The position numbers were made by a program, and so were the translations under genes. A stretch of 64,000 nt of DNA from Tetramitus jugosus. Lineage: Eukaryota; Protista; Heterolobosea. The notes beneath the pieces are model-generated. The model ran no database searches. It saw only the letters and a program-made list of their open reading frames with translations, and was not told where the DNA came from. Location: NCBI GenBank assembly GCA_937625935.1, contig OW569347.1, forward strand, positions 372,001 through 436,000, in the 5' to 3' direction. Below are positions 33,048-43,578 of this stretch, piece by piece; within the stretch, counting starts at the first letter, position 1, and each line of letters opens with the position of its first letter.

Positions 33048-36000
33048 ATGACTACTGTAACTGTGGACTGTTCTGTGCTCAAGGGTCAGGGATTCCCTCA
33101 ACCCACAAAAAGGAATGAAAAACTCAAGTTTAGGTGTTCGATTCGATTCTTCTCTGGTAGTTACATGAGTAGTGAACCCTATGGCTTCAACATGGTCAAT
33201 CGATCTGGTTCACTCACAAGTAATCAGAACAGCAGAAGTAATACTCCTGTTCCATCAATGACGGCATCCTCTGCTAAGAAACCTATTGAAGCCAATCAAA
33301 GTTCTTCTCCACTACTATCAAAAGCGCAGTCAAGTGCTTCTCTACCATTCCACAAGACGAGCGGAGATGAATCATCTTGGGATCTTTCATCACTGTTCAC
33401 AAACCATGAATTGTCATGTCAATGGTTCACGTCTGATGTGTTCACTCATGATTCTGTGAACCATCCAGATAGCTCTCTCACCATTCACACTCAATTCACA
33501 ACTCTGGTACATGAACCGTTGATCAACAATATTCTGAACGATAATCAAGTACTAGTCATAGCAGTGACTCAAGAAGATTCAAACACCAAATCTTCTTCTA
33601 GTTCATTATTGGGCACATGCAGCATCAGTCTGCTCCCATTCTTTCATAATGAGATGGTAATTGATCAATGGGTCACGTTGATTCCTTCTCATCTTCAAAT
33701 GCAACAAACACCTTCACCTCCTCAAATTCAAGTCAGGCTCACCATCTCTAATGCACTATTGTTGAGAGAAGAGAAGCAAAAGGCACATTTCCTTAGCATT
33801 ACTTTGAACAAGATGACTCAAATACCTGAACGATGGATATCCAATGAATTATCACAGCCCAATCTCTCACCGGAGGAGATTGTTAAGAATCGTAAGTCAC
33901 TCCTCATTCACTTTCAGATTTGTTCATTATGCTCATTGAATCTTGTTGTTAGATCTGTTCCAATACACGATACGGGTTCCCGCTCTTGTTCATCCTTCAG
34001 GGCATTTCCTTTACTATTCGATACAGAATGGTAAGCTAGTCTTCAAGAACAATTCTTTTTTTGTAGAGTGGGACAAATCGATGTCCTTCTATCTGACAGA
34101 GGAAAGTGTGAAGTACCTCGAAAATGCATGCTCTCGTGGAGATAAACTAATTTTGAAACTCTCAAGAACAATCATACCCGAAAAGCAACTAGATGGGTAT
34201 GTGGATTACAATGAAGACAAGTATCGGGCTTCAATTAGGATTAGTATGAGAGCTTTGTTGTCTCCAGGAAAGACAAATTTTTCGTTTGAAAAGAATGTGG
34301 ATCCTTTATCATCAAAGGAACTAGAAGACGAAAAGATGTTGCTCTCCCAATACAATTCCTTGTTCCAAGTACCTCCAAAAAGTGCCAGTAAAACGAAGCG
34401 AACAACACTGGTATCGAACAAGAAGAGCACCCTGCCTCATGACTTGAGCCTCGAAGAAGAAGAGGATGTCCATCCCTACTTATCCTCGATGACCAAATGT
34501 GATTTTGAGTTGGTGATGGATCCATCTATCATACCACTGCCAGAGCACAGGTTGAGATGCAAACTGCGAATTGGAGATGTTTTGCCACACAGAATCAGAT
34601 CTCCGAAGAAGGTATCCGCTATTGAACTTTTTCACAACGAAATTCAATCTATTGTCAATATAATTGCAGAACAGTACAAAGAATACAAGAAGAGAAAAGA
34701 AGATCATTATGATGATAGTATCGATTTGAGCAAACAGCAATTTATTTTCGAGTTGAATCGCAGTGGAACTTACTACATCATTAAAGAAATGATGAAGAAA
34801 ACAGTGCTGAAGGTGGTGGAAGAAAACTTTAACAATGGCTCTTCTCTACCATCAGAGAAGTTTGAACAATTTCACAATGAATTCTATGTGTTCCTCACCC
34901 ATAAAATGCACAAGAGTATCAATGAATTGTTTGAACAAAGTCACTCGAAGAGAGAAGTGGTGATAACCCAAGGCAACATTAGCGAAACCAAGAGCCAAAG
35001 AATGAAGAGAATAGCGAATGAATATGAGATAGAGTTCAACAATGAGATTGCTGCACAGTACCATAAAGAAAGAATTGTGTGGGAGAAGTCTCAGAGCGAA
35101 GACGAAGATTGGGTCGATCCACAGGTATGGTACGAGTATGGTCTGTTTAACATGAGAGTGAGAAACTTGGAACAAGCAGAACAAGCATTCAGAGATGCAG
35201 TGTCGACAGACATGTCCCACATGAACTCCCTTTTGGTCTATGGAATTCTGTTGTGCATGCAAGGAAAGCACAGAGAAGCCGAAGTGTTTGTTCAATCGAG
35301 TATAGATATCGATCCGAACAGATATGAATCATGGGGAGTTCTTGCTCTTCTGTTTGAACTCAATGAACAAATGAAGGAATCAAATCAAGCTTACCTCTAC
35401 GGAGAACAAGTGTTCCTTCAGCAGTTAATGGATCAGAAGATGAATCGAAACGTCAACAATGAGAACTCGACGACAATGTTGTCCAATATGTTGACCCATC
35501 GTTTCCATCACTTCTCACTCTCTGTTGCTCATTTTCTTTTACAACAATCTGCCGATACCCTAGCGGAACACTTGTTGAACAAGTTTGAGAGTGGGTGTTC
35601 AGAATTGTCAACGCAACACAAGACGCAAGAGAGTATGGACAATATTATCGATTTTCATGTACTGAAAGCACTGTTGTACTTGATGAGAGGTCAACTCGAT
35701 GAATCAGAACGACAACTGAAGAGTGGAATTGAAAAACAGTACAAGAGTCATCAATGCTGGAGATTGTTGGGTGAAGTCCATGTGAGACGCGAGGATTGGA
35801 CCTCGGCAGAAGAATCACTAGAAACAGCATTGTCCATTGCCTCGGATCATCAGTTGAAGAATGTGGACTTTTGGTTGAGATTGGGAAGAGTGTATTTGGA
35901 ACTGGAAAAGAATGACCAGGCACAACAAGCTTACATGAGAGCTTGTGAACAATGGCCCTCAAGCTGCATCTCTTGGCTTGGTCTGGGAATTAGTTATCTC

Positions 36001-36207
36001 AACATTGGAGATTTAGAATCCGCAGAGCAAGCACTAAACGAAGCCAACATTCATAATAATAGAAATGGCGATGTGTGGGCGTATCTTGCCCTTCTATGTT
36101 TCTACCAAGAGAGAAAGGAGGAAGCAAAAAGAGCTCTGAGGCAATGTAAAAAGCTTGGCAGTTCCCTTCCTGCTTGCGTCAAGACCAAAATAAAAGGGTT
36201 ATTGTAA
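33048..36207 (+). CDS. CFAP70: Cilia- and flagella-associated protein 70 (TTC18); exons 33048-33891 and 33953-36207, ~1032 aa
   Basis: FIFELNRSGTYYIIKEMMKKTVLKVVEENF and IANEYEIEFNNEIAAQYHKERI match conserved CFAP70 blocks; N-terminal C2-like strands and a C-terminal TPR array. The two ORFs are joined by a phase-1 intron. Confidence 0.88.
33892..33952 (+). other. Intron (61 nt) in CFAP70
   Basis: C|GTAAGT…TTGTTAG|AT restores the frame (KN-H-LFQY). Confidence 0.85.
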
Positions 36208-36622
36208 CGAAAGTCACGAGCACCACCTAATCTTTAAAAATTTCAATAAATCCCAACATTATCCCGTCATCAGTAAAAACAATGGCGAAATGACGTGCTG
36301 GATTATCACTCATAAAAACAATTAAGAAGGATTTATATGATTCTCGTTTTAATCCCGTAAGAATGATGTTTTAAAAGATTATGTAAGATAATAATCATAA
36401 ATTCTAAATATGTTCTTTATGTATATACAAGAAGGTAAGTTCTATCCGACCAGCTTATGTTAATAGCCGGCTTGTTGTGTGGTTGTCACACTTAACTCAC
36501 TACGGGTTTTAGAATTTGGATTGGGCGGTGACAGTATGATGATCTTGAGAGCTGTGGTCAATAAGGGTTGGCTGTTTGGCTAAATTGTTAAAAATAGACA
36601 CCAAAAAACAAAAACAATCTGG

Positions 36623-39600
36623 ATGGGTGCTTTCAATTCTTTGATCAGATGGTTTCTGTTGATTGTGGTCTCAGTGTTCATTGTCACCTCATTGTTCTTC
36701 ATGTACCACATTATTGTATCCGATGTCGACACTGTGGTGCGCACCACAGAAGAAAACAGGACCAAAAGAACACCATTCAGCAGATTATCAGATGATGAAA
36801 ATGATCCACAATTGCATCATGCACGCCAGAATGCTCACATTGATTATCAAGTGCACTCGTGGGATGATTTAAATGAATGGGAACAGGGAATCAACAAGGG
36901 TGTCACATGGTTCAAAGTTGATTTGTTTTATACACCATCTCACATATGTGCTCAAAACAGGAATAGCAATCACAATGACAAGAATAACAGTGAGAAGAAT
37001 CAGAAGAAGCGTGCATGTTTCTTGATGACTCATGACCCACCTGATATCAACAATCCTCACAAATACAACACAACGAATGACTTGATACAAATGTTGCGCT
37101 CTTGGAAGCAACAAAAGAAGCACAGCAACAAAAGCAACAATAGCAACAATAGCAACAACAACAACCAAAAGAACCAAAAGAACCATCAGAAGAAGAAAAA
37201 GATTACGATTGCTCTCTGTTTCAAGTACTTTTTATTGTTGGATGCGACTCGATATCTTGAATCACGATACTTTGTGGATCATCGTCATCATCACTCACAC
37301 AGATCCACACCATCATCATCTTCATCCAACAATAAGAAGAAGCTTGAATGGTACTTGTTGAACAGGAATCCATGTCACGTACCACCTCGTTTCAACACAC
37401 TGAATCATGATTACAATCAGCAACAACAACAGCAACAGACGAACCATAATGATGATGATGATGACGATGAAGAAGACACCATGATGGTTGACTTGTTCCC
37501 TCACATGATGAAGAAGATGAAGAGACAACAAGAGAGAAGCAAGAATAATAGCCATGATAGAGCAACAGCAGCAGCAGTCATTCACCTGTATGACCATCAA
37601 TATCACTCACCCTATCTACTCGCACACTCATCACAACAACAACCAGTAGCAGCAGCAGCAGCAGCAGCAGCAGCAGACATTGGAGCACTCCATGACAAGT
37701 ATGGTGATGATAGTGATGAGGATACAACAACAACAACAACAACAACAACAATTGATCATCAATTCATATCACTCATTGATGAACTGTACAGAGAATTGAA
37801 TGCCATTAATGATGATGACGATGATATGGATGACAAGAATAATAACAATAGTAGTAATATGGAACAAGAATGGGAGTATGAGTTTGTGTTGGATGAATCA
37901 GGTACTCATGGCAATGGCAGAGACTGTCTCAAGAAGAAGTGGATGCGATGGTCCAGTACGTTTATCAGCACCAGAGATCCCATGATTGCCTTCGTGTCCA
38001 ATCAACCCTATCATCATCGATTCAAGATTTTGAATGAACCAGTGATGGATCGAACAGAGTCAGTCATGACCAATGATGATGAGAATGACAAGAGCACTGG
38101 TGGTGGTAACAAGGCTGAAACAGAAGAGGATGAGTCCAGTAGTGAGGATGATGACAATTGTAAATATTTGAGGAGGGCACAAGCTCTGCGCTATGGAAAG
38201 TTTCTGCATGGTGAATATCCAGTGCTGTTATGGGAACCGAGTCATCAAGCTGTCATACAACAATGTATTCAATTGTATCTCACGGGACATGACAATGATC
38301 ATCCTTCCAGCCGTAATCAACGTCAAAGAATGAGCAACATTGACAAGGGTTCTCGTGCGCAGTCATCCTCGGCTGTTGTATTGAATGACTCTGGTCTTCG
38401 ATTCTCGATCAATATTGATCCCATCATGTTCCGAATCTTCATGTCGTACTACTATCCTGCTGCCAACAAGTATCAAACGGACAATGACATTGACAGCAAC
38501 TCTCTACCATCGTTATTACCATCAGACGGCAACAACAGTGGTAGTAACCATCATCATCAAACCATTTCAGTGATTGACAATCCAGAGTATCACAATCAAT
38601 TGAATCATCATGTCCCCAACACTCACATGATGGTGAATGAGCCATCCATTCAACATCACATTTGGATGACGAGTAATGATGATGATGATAATGATGATGA
38701 TGATGGCCAGAGACAGAGAAAGAGTCCATCAACCAATAGTGATATGGAGAAAACGTCCTCCACTCGCCGCCACACTCTTCTCTTCTCTTGTGTTGTTGAC
38801 ACTCTGCAGCAACCATCAGCAGCAGGACAATCAGCACAACTCATCCACAAGTGCCACTATCAGATTATATCCTATCGTTCAAATGATTCAGATGAAGACA
38901 AAGGTATTGTCATTCATCAGACACCACTTCAGCCATTGTCGCTGCCCTCATCTAGTACCAATCATCCAACTACAACAACAACACCACTTGTTGTGAAACG
39001 GTTCATCTCCATGAGACATCAACAACAGCCCAGTACTTCTTCTTCAGTGCAACCAAACAATCATCAGATGTACCAACTGTACGCAATGATTGAATCAATC
39101 AATGGACAGTACTTTGTTTGTGAACTACGATATAACATCCATACTTTCACAGTTCACTATCAAAGTCATTATTTGATTCAATTGTTGAATAATGAGGAGA
39201 GAGACAAGATGGAAGGTCGGTTGCTGTGGGACTTTTATCTGCTACCTCGAATTGAGAGTAGTAGTCAGCAGGACATTCTCTTGCTGTCATCACTTCAGAA
39301 CAATAACCAGAAGAATATTAATGATGATGATGATGGTGTTGATGGTGATGACACGTGCGAAATTACGATCCAATTATATCAATTGAGACAAGATGCATCA
39401 CAAGCGGCTGAACCTTCCTTGAAACAAGTTGGCCAACACACGGAAATCCATTGGAAACTCATGTCAGAATCATTCTCCATCCAGAGTATGTCCATGGCAT
39501 TGAGTGATCGAGCCATCATGATGTCATCCAACAATCAATACGACGGTTATTTGATATTTAGTGTAGGAGTGAATAGACATGGATTCAAACAATCACTTGT

Positions 39601-40321
39601 TCATGGCCTTTCATTCCATCTCTCAATACACCAATCATCATTGTCATATCAATTGACGAGTGATGCCCAGGATAATCTCATTCATCTGAGTCAGAGGGTA
39701 CCATTAAGTATTGGAAGGCATGTGAGTCTATCATCGTTCACAACAACATCAACAACAATGACGACCAACATGTGGCTGACAATGGTATGGGACGCTGGAT
39801 TCTGTTGGAATTCTGTAGTGCACAACCTGCAAGCCACTCGACTGTGTGAATTGAATCCTCTGGATGTCTTCCAGTCAACATCAACAACAATGAGAGATGC
39901 TGCCCCTGGTAAGGCACGACCAGACAACATTCTAGCCTACACATTGATCCAGCTCTCTGACCTGATTGCCCTCCAAAAGAAACACCAAAAGGTGAATGAC
40001 CATACAAAGAGAAGACATGTCTTGTTAAGTCCATGTGATTCGGGCACGATGATACATGGAACATTCGACCGTGGAACCAACCCTCGTGTACAACCGCATT
40101 ATGACTCCACCAAAAATGTTGTTCGATTCCTGACATCCCATATAGGAACAAAAGGCAAGAGAACGTTCCAATATCCTTCTCCCCTTCGCAAAGCTGCTGC
40201 GAAAGACCCAGGGTCACCTCCAACGGATCCAAACCTTCTTACGAGTCGCGACGTTTGCGGGGCAGCAATTGCTCACAATGGAATTGTAATTGATTATTGG
40301 ACGGTTTTGTTACCCTATTGA
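36623..40321 (+). CDS. Type II membrane protein with a candidate PLC-like phosphodiesterase (TIM-barrel) N-terminal domain, heavily interrupted by low-complexity tracts
   Basis: Signal anchor WFLLIVVSVFIVTSLFFMY; YQVHSWDD…GVTWFKVD…FLMTHD resembles the His…(E/K)xD…His pattern of the GDPD/SMase D/PI-PLC superfamily. The CDS is secure; the function is tentative. Confidence 0.65.
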   Translation: MGAFNSLIRWFLLIVVSVFIVTSLFFMYHIIVSDVDTVVRTTEENRTKRTPFSRLSDDENDPQLHHARQNAHIDYQVHSWDDLNEWEQGINKGVTWFKVDLFYTPSHICAQNRNSNHNDKNNSEKNQKKRACFLMTHDPPDINNPHKYNTTNDLIQMLRSWKQQKKHSNKSNNSNNSNNNNQKNQKNHQKKKKITIALCFKYFLLLDATRYLESRYFVDHRHHHSHRSTPSSSSSNNKKKLEWYLLNRNPCHVPPRFNTLNHDYNQQQQQQQTNHNDDDDDDEEDTMMVDLFPHMMKKMKRQQERSKNNSHDRATAAAVIHLYDHQYHSPYLLAHSSQQQPVAAAAAAAAADIGALHDKYGDDSDEDTTTTTTTTTIDHQFISLIDELYRELNAINDDDDDMDDKNNNNSSNMEQEWEYEFVLDESGTHGNGRDCLKKKWMRWSSTFISTRDPMIAFVSNQPYHHRFKILNEPVMDRTESVMTNDDENDKSTGGGNKAETEEDESSSEDDDNCKYLRRAQALRYGKFLHGEYPVLLWEPSHQAVIQQCIQLYLTGHDNDHPSSRNQRQRMSNIDKGSRAQSSSAVVLNDSGLRFSINIDPIMFRIFMSYYYPAANKYQTDNDIDSNSLPSLLPSDGNNSGSNHHHQTISVIDNPEYHNQLNHHVPNTHMMVNEPSIQHHIWMTSNDDDDNDDDDGQRQRKSPSTNSDMEKTSSTRRHTLLFSCVVDTLQQPSAAGQSAQLIHKCHYQIISYRSNDSDEDKGIVIHQTPLQPLSLPSSSTNHPTTTTTPLVVKRFISMRHQQQPSTSSSVQPNNHQMYQLYAMIESINGQYFVCELRYNIHTFTVHYQSHYLIQLLNNEERDKMEGRLLWDFYLLPRIESSSQQDILLLSSLQNNNQKNINDDDDGVDGDDTCEITIQLYQLRQDASQAAEPSLKQVGQHTEIHWKLMSESFSIQSMSMALSDRAIMMSSNNQYDGYLIFSVGVNRHGFKQSLVHGLSFHLSIHQSSLSYQLTSDAQDNLIHLSQRVPLSIGRHVSLSSFTTTSTTMTTNMWLTMVWDAGFCWNSVVHNLQATRLCELNPLDVFQSTSTTMRDAAPGKARPDNILAYTLIQLSDLIALQKKHQKVNDHTKRRHVLLSPCDSGTMIHGTFDRGTNPRVQPHYDSTKNVVRFLTSHIGTKGKRTFQYPSPLRKAAAKDPGSPPTDPNLLTSRDVCGAAIAHNGIVIDYWTVLLPY

Positions 40322-40902
40322 TTGAATATTGGCACATAAAAGGTAATATCTATCATTTCGGATTAGTGCGCGGACAGGTGCGACGCCAACTAAATTGGTT
40401 TATTCTTTTTCCTTCACCTCCCTCGGATGATACACCAATCTGCTGTGTGTGGGCAAGTAGACTTCGATTTATGCATTAGGAATTTTCGTCTGCGATTTCA
40501 TTCTTGCTACCCACACTCTGATCGCACACAACCCATACCCATACGTCCTAGCTTCCTTCAAACAACAATCACTTTCGTGTGGGTGATCACTGCTTGTCTG
40601 CCATCGTGAGTTTAATTGTCAGAGAGTACTTCTCAGTAAATAAATAGGACTCTTGTCCCTTCCAAGAAAAAAGAGAACAACAACAACACCAGCAAAAAAC
40701 AAAGAAACCATTTAGCTTTTGGATATAGCTTTTGACAATAACAACAACAACAATAATTACTCCTTTTATTTTTGCGCACACAGTAATCCCCCCTATAGCC
40801 ACCTACAACCTACCTAACCGGAATAACAATAACAAAATATTCACATTTATTGATATAAATCGTGTGTTGTAGATTTATCATCATCGAGTGAGTGTATGAA
40901 AT

Positions 40903-41872
40903 ATGACGACCATGTGCTGTATTGAGGATTGTGATAAGCCCGCACCGATTCGAAACTACAAGAGTCTCAAACTGTATGTAGTGACAGCCAACAATAATAG
41001 AGTTTTTGTATTCTTCTGCTGCTGCATACACCGGTCATCATCAGTCATCATCATCAGTGATATCAATTCCACCTCTACTTGCTAGGGTGCGCAAGAGGTG
41101 GCTATTAACCACTTTATATCACACGACCTACTACTACCTACATTACTACTACTACTACTACTATTACTACTGTTGCAGCAGCAGCACCACCACCACCACC
41201 CATATCAACAACATCACATGTGACCAAATGCAATCCACTAACCAAAACAACAAACCATTCTTGTGTGTGAATATTGCCTTGTTGCTTTCTCTCTCTCTCT
41301 GTTTTTGATCACACACAAAATACTACATGCATCGCACCACCACCTCAACCACCACACACACAAAACTCGATTCAAAATGATGTGCATTTTGCATTTTCAT
41401 TTGTTGGTCAATGATGAATGAACAACTGCAGAAAGCATTGGAGACTGAAACCCAATCCAGGATCTCCACTCAAAGTCTGCACCAAACATTACAATTTGGA
41501 CTTGGATCTCCACAACAAAAGAAACAACAGCAGCAGCAGCAGCAGTGGTGGTGGTGGTAACAATAACAACAACAATAACAGTCATTCACAACGAGTCACT
41601 AGCAACAACACAAGTAATAGTAGTACCAACAATAGCAGCAGCAGTAGCAGCACTACCCTACGTACACATCACCGTACAACAATCAACAATAATGAACAAC
41701 AACATCAATCCAGCAACAATAACAACAACAACAATAACAAGGATCATTGTGATGAATCAATCATGCCTTCCTCATCATCTCAGCATCAGCGCTCCAACCA
41801 CCACTCAAGCAAAAGGTACCACAAGAGTGGTCAGCAAAACAATAATGACAATTCTTCAATGGTGAATGACTA

Positions 41873-41913
<41 letters not shown>

Positions 41914-43405
41914 AAATTCCACCCACTCCAGTCTCCAGAAAGAGAATGAGACAAAAATTAAATCATCATACTCTGAATACAACAAGTTCAACAACGCAAA
42001 GTTCAACAACAACAACGACGAGGACTAGTGCTGCTACAAAATCTACGACTGCTATGAATGCAACTCATCTCATCAATAGCAACAATAGAAAGAATAATAG
42101 TATACGTCGTTTGAATCCAAATCATTATCATCAGAAGCAGAATTTGAATAGAAAATCTCTCTATTCTGAATTGTACAAGAATAGTGATGACTATGATGAC
42201 AGCAGCGACAGTAATGATGAAGATGAAGAAGAAGATGAAGATGATGAATACAAAAAGAATAATGAGTCATCAGAAGATGATGACTTAAGCAAGAGCAGAG
42301 GCAGCAACGACAACAACCACCTTCTCATTTCTCAACCACAACAACAACAACAACAACGACATGTATCATCAACCACCTCTACCACCTCTTCCACCACAAT
42401 AGGAGGATACAATACTGCTCCTCCTCAACCATTCATTTCCAATTGTATTCTCATGTTCAACTCGAGCAATGAACCAAGGTAATCAAACAACAAAATTCAA
42501 TAGGACTTGTTAACACATGTGTATTTTATGTCTGTACGAACGATACTGATTTTTTTTTAATCTATTATATCTATAGTGTAAAATACAGTCTGAAAACATT
42601 GCATCATTACGATACAACAGCAATCATGGATAATGATGGATGTGGTAGTCGTGAAGATGATAACAATTATAATAATAATGATAATCATTCGAATCATACA
42701 AATTATTCATCCGTCATGATGGATGATCACAACAATAACAACAACAACAACAGTAATACTACTACCACCACCACCACAAGTGCATTATCACACATGGTTG
42801 TTGTTAACAATGGAGGTGGTGAAATATGTCGCTTGCTCATGACAGAACAGCAATCCATGTTTCTAGAGGATGAACATGCCAATCGATTTCAACTCTGTTT
42901 CAACACGGATACTCTACACTTTCAATGGTTGTTACTCTCCATGATTCACACTTGTCAAACGAGTAGTAATAGTAGTAGTAATAGTAGTAGTATTCCTGAT
43001 ACGACCACTGATACAACCAGTGATACAATGTGGACTCATCCTCCTGCTGTTATTACTACTACCGCTCCTGTGCCTGCTACTGATTCGAGTACTGTTGCTG
43101 CTCCTACAATTGTAGACACTACTACTACTACTACTACTATGACTACTACTACCACTACGACTGACTCTTCTTCGATCACAATAGCCAACACGACTGACTC
43201 ACAAGCAACAACCACTACAGTCCATTCAATGGATGACAAGATTTCAACAGATTCCAATGCTGCTGCTACAACTGTGACAACCTCTCTTCCAAGACAAATC
43301 TCTTCATACTCTGATCTACAGTGGAATGAGATTGAGTGGAGTGAATCAAGTGTACGTATCAGAGATCAGACCTTTGGTTCATTGAAGCTCTTCTTCTTTC
43401 GATAA
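40903..43405 (+). CDS. Multi-exon protein with an N-terminal C2CH (THAP-like) zinc finger; exons 40903-40973, [41086-41097], 41432-42478 and 42577-43405
   Basis: Phase-2-consistent junctions CT|GTATGT, CAG|A, AG|GTAATC and TAG|T. The spliced N-terminus reads MCCIEDC…KHW…KVCTKHY. Confidence 0.65.
42479..42576 (+). other. Intron (98 nt)
   Basis: GTAATC donor, ACTGAT branch-like site, poly-T and TATAG acceptor; joins ORFs 41418 and 42599 in frame. Confidence 0.8.
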
Positions 43406-43578
43406 CACTCTCTCTCGAACGAGAAAATAAAAGTTTAGAACTGAGAAAACGAAGAGAGAATGTACTCTCGTTCAATGATAACAATAGACTGTTGTTCTTC
43501 TTTTATTTCATGTGGATGGGTGTCTGTTGATAGCAGTGTGCCCTCTCATTATCGTTACCATTATAATGACTGGTCCAT

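Noticed and set aside
40319-40520. TGA stop followed by ATGA and a hairpin as a possible SECIS or TPP riboswitch
   Set aside because: No correctly spaced AA loop or GA quartet, no CTGAGA/TPP consensus, and no meaningful reading frame after the TGA.
40903-43405. P-element-like transposon implied by the THAP-like finger
   Set aside because: No transposase catalytic domain, terminal inverted repeats or target-site duplication were seen.
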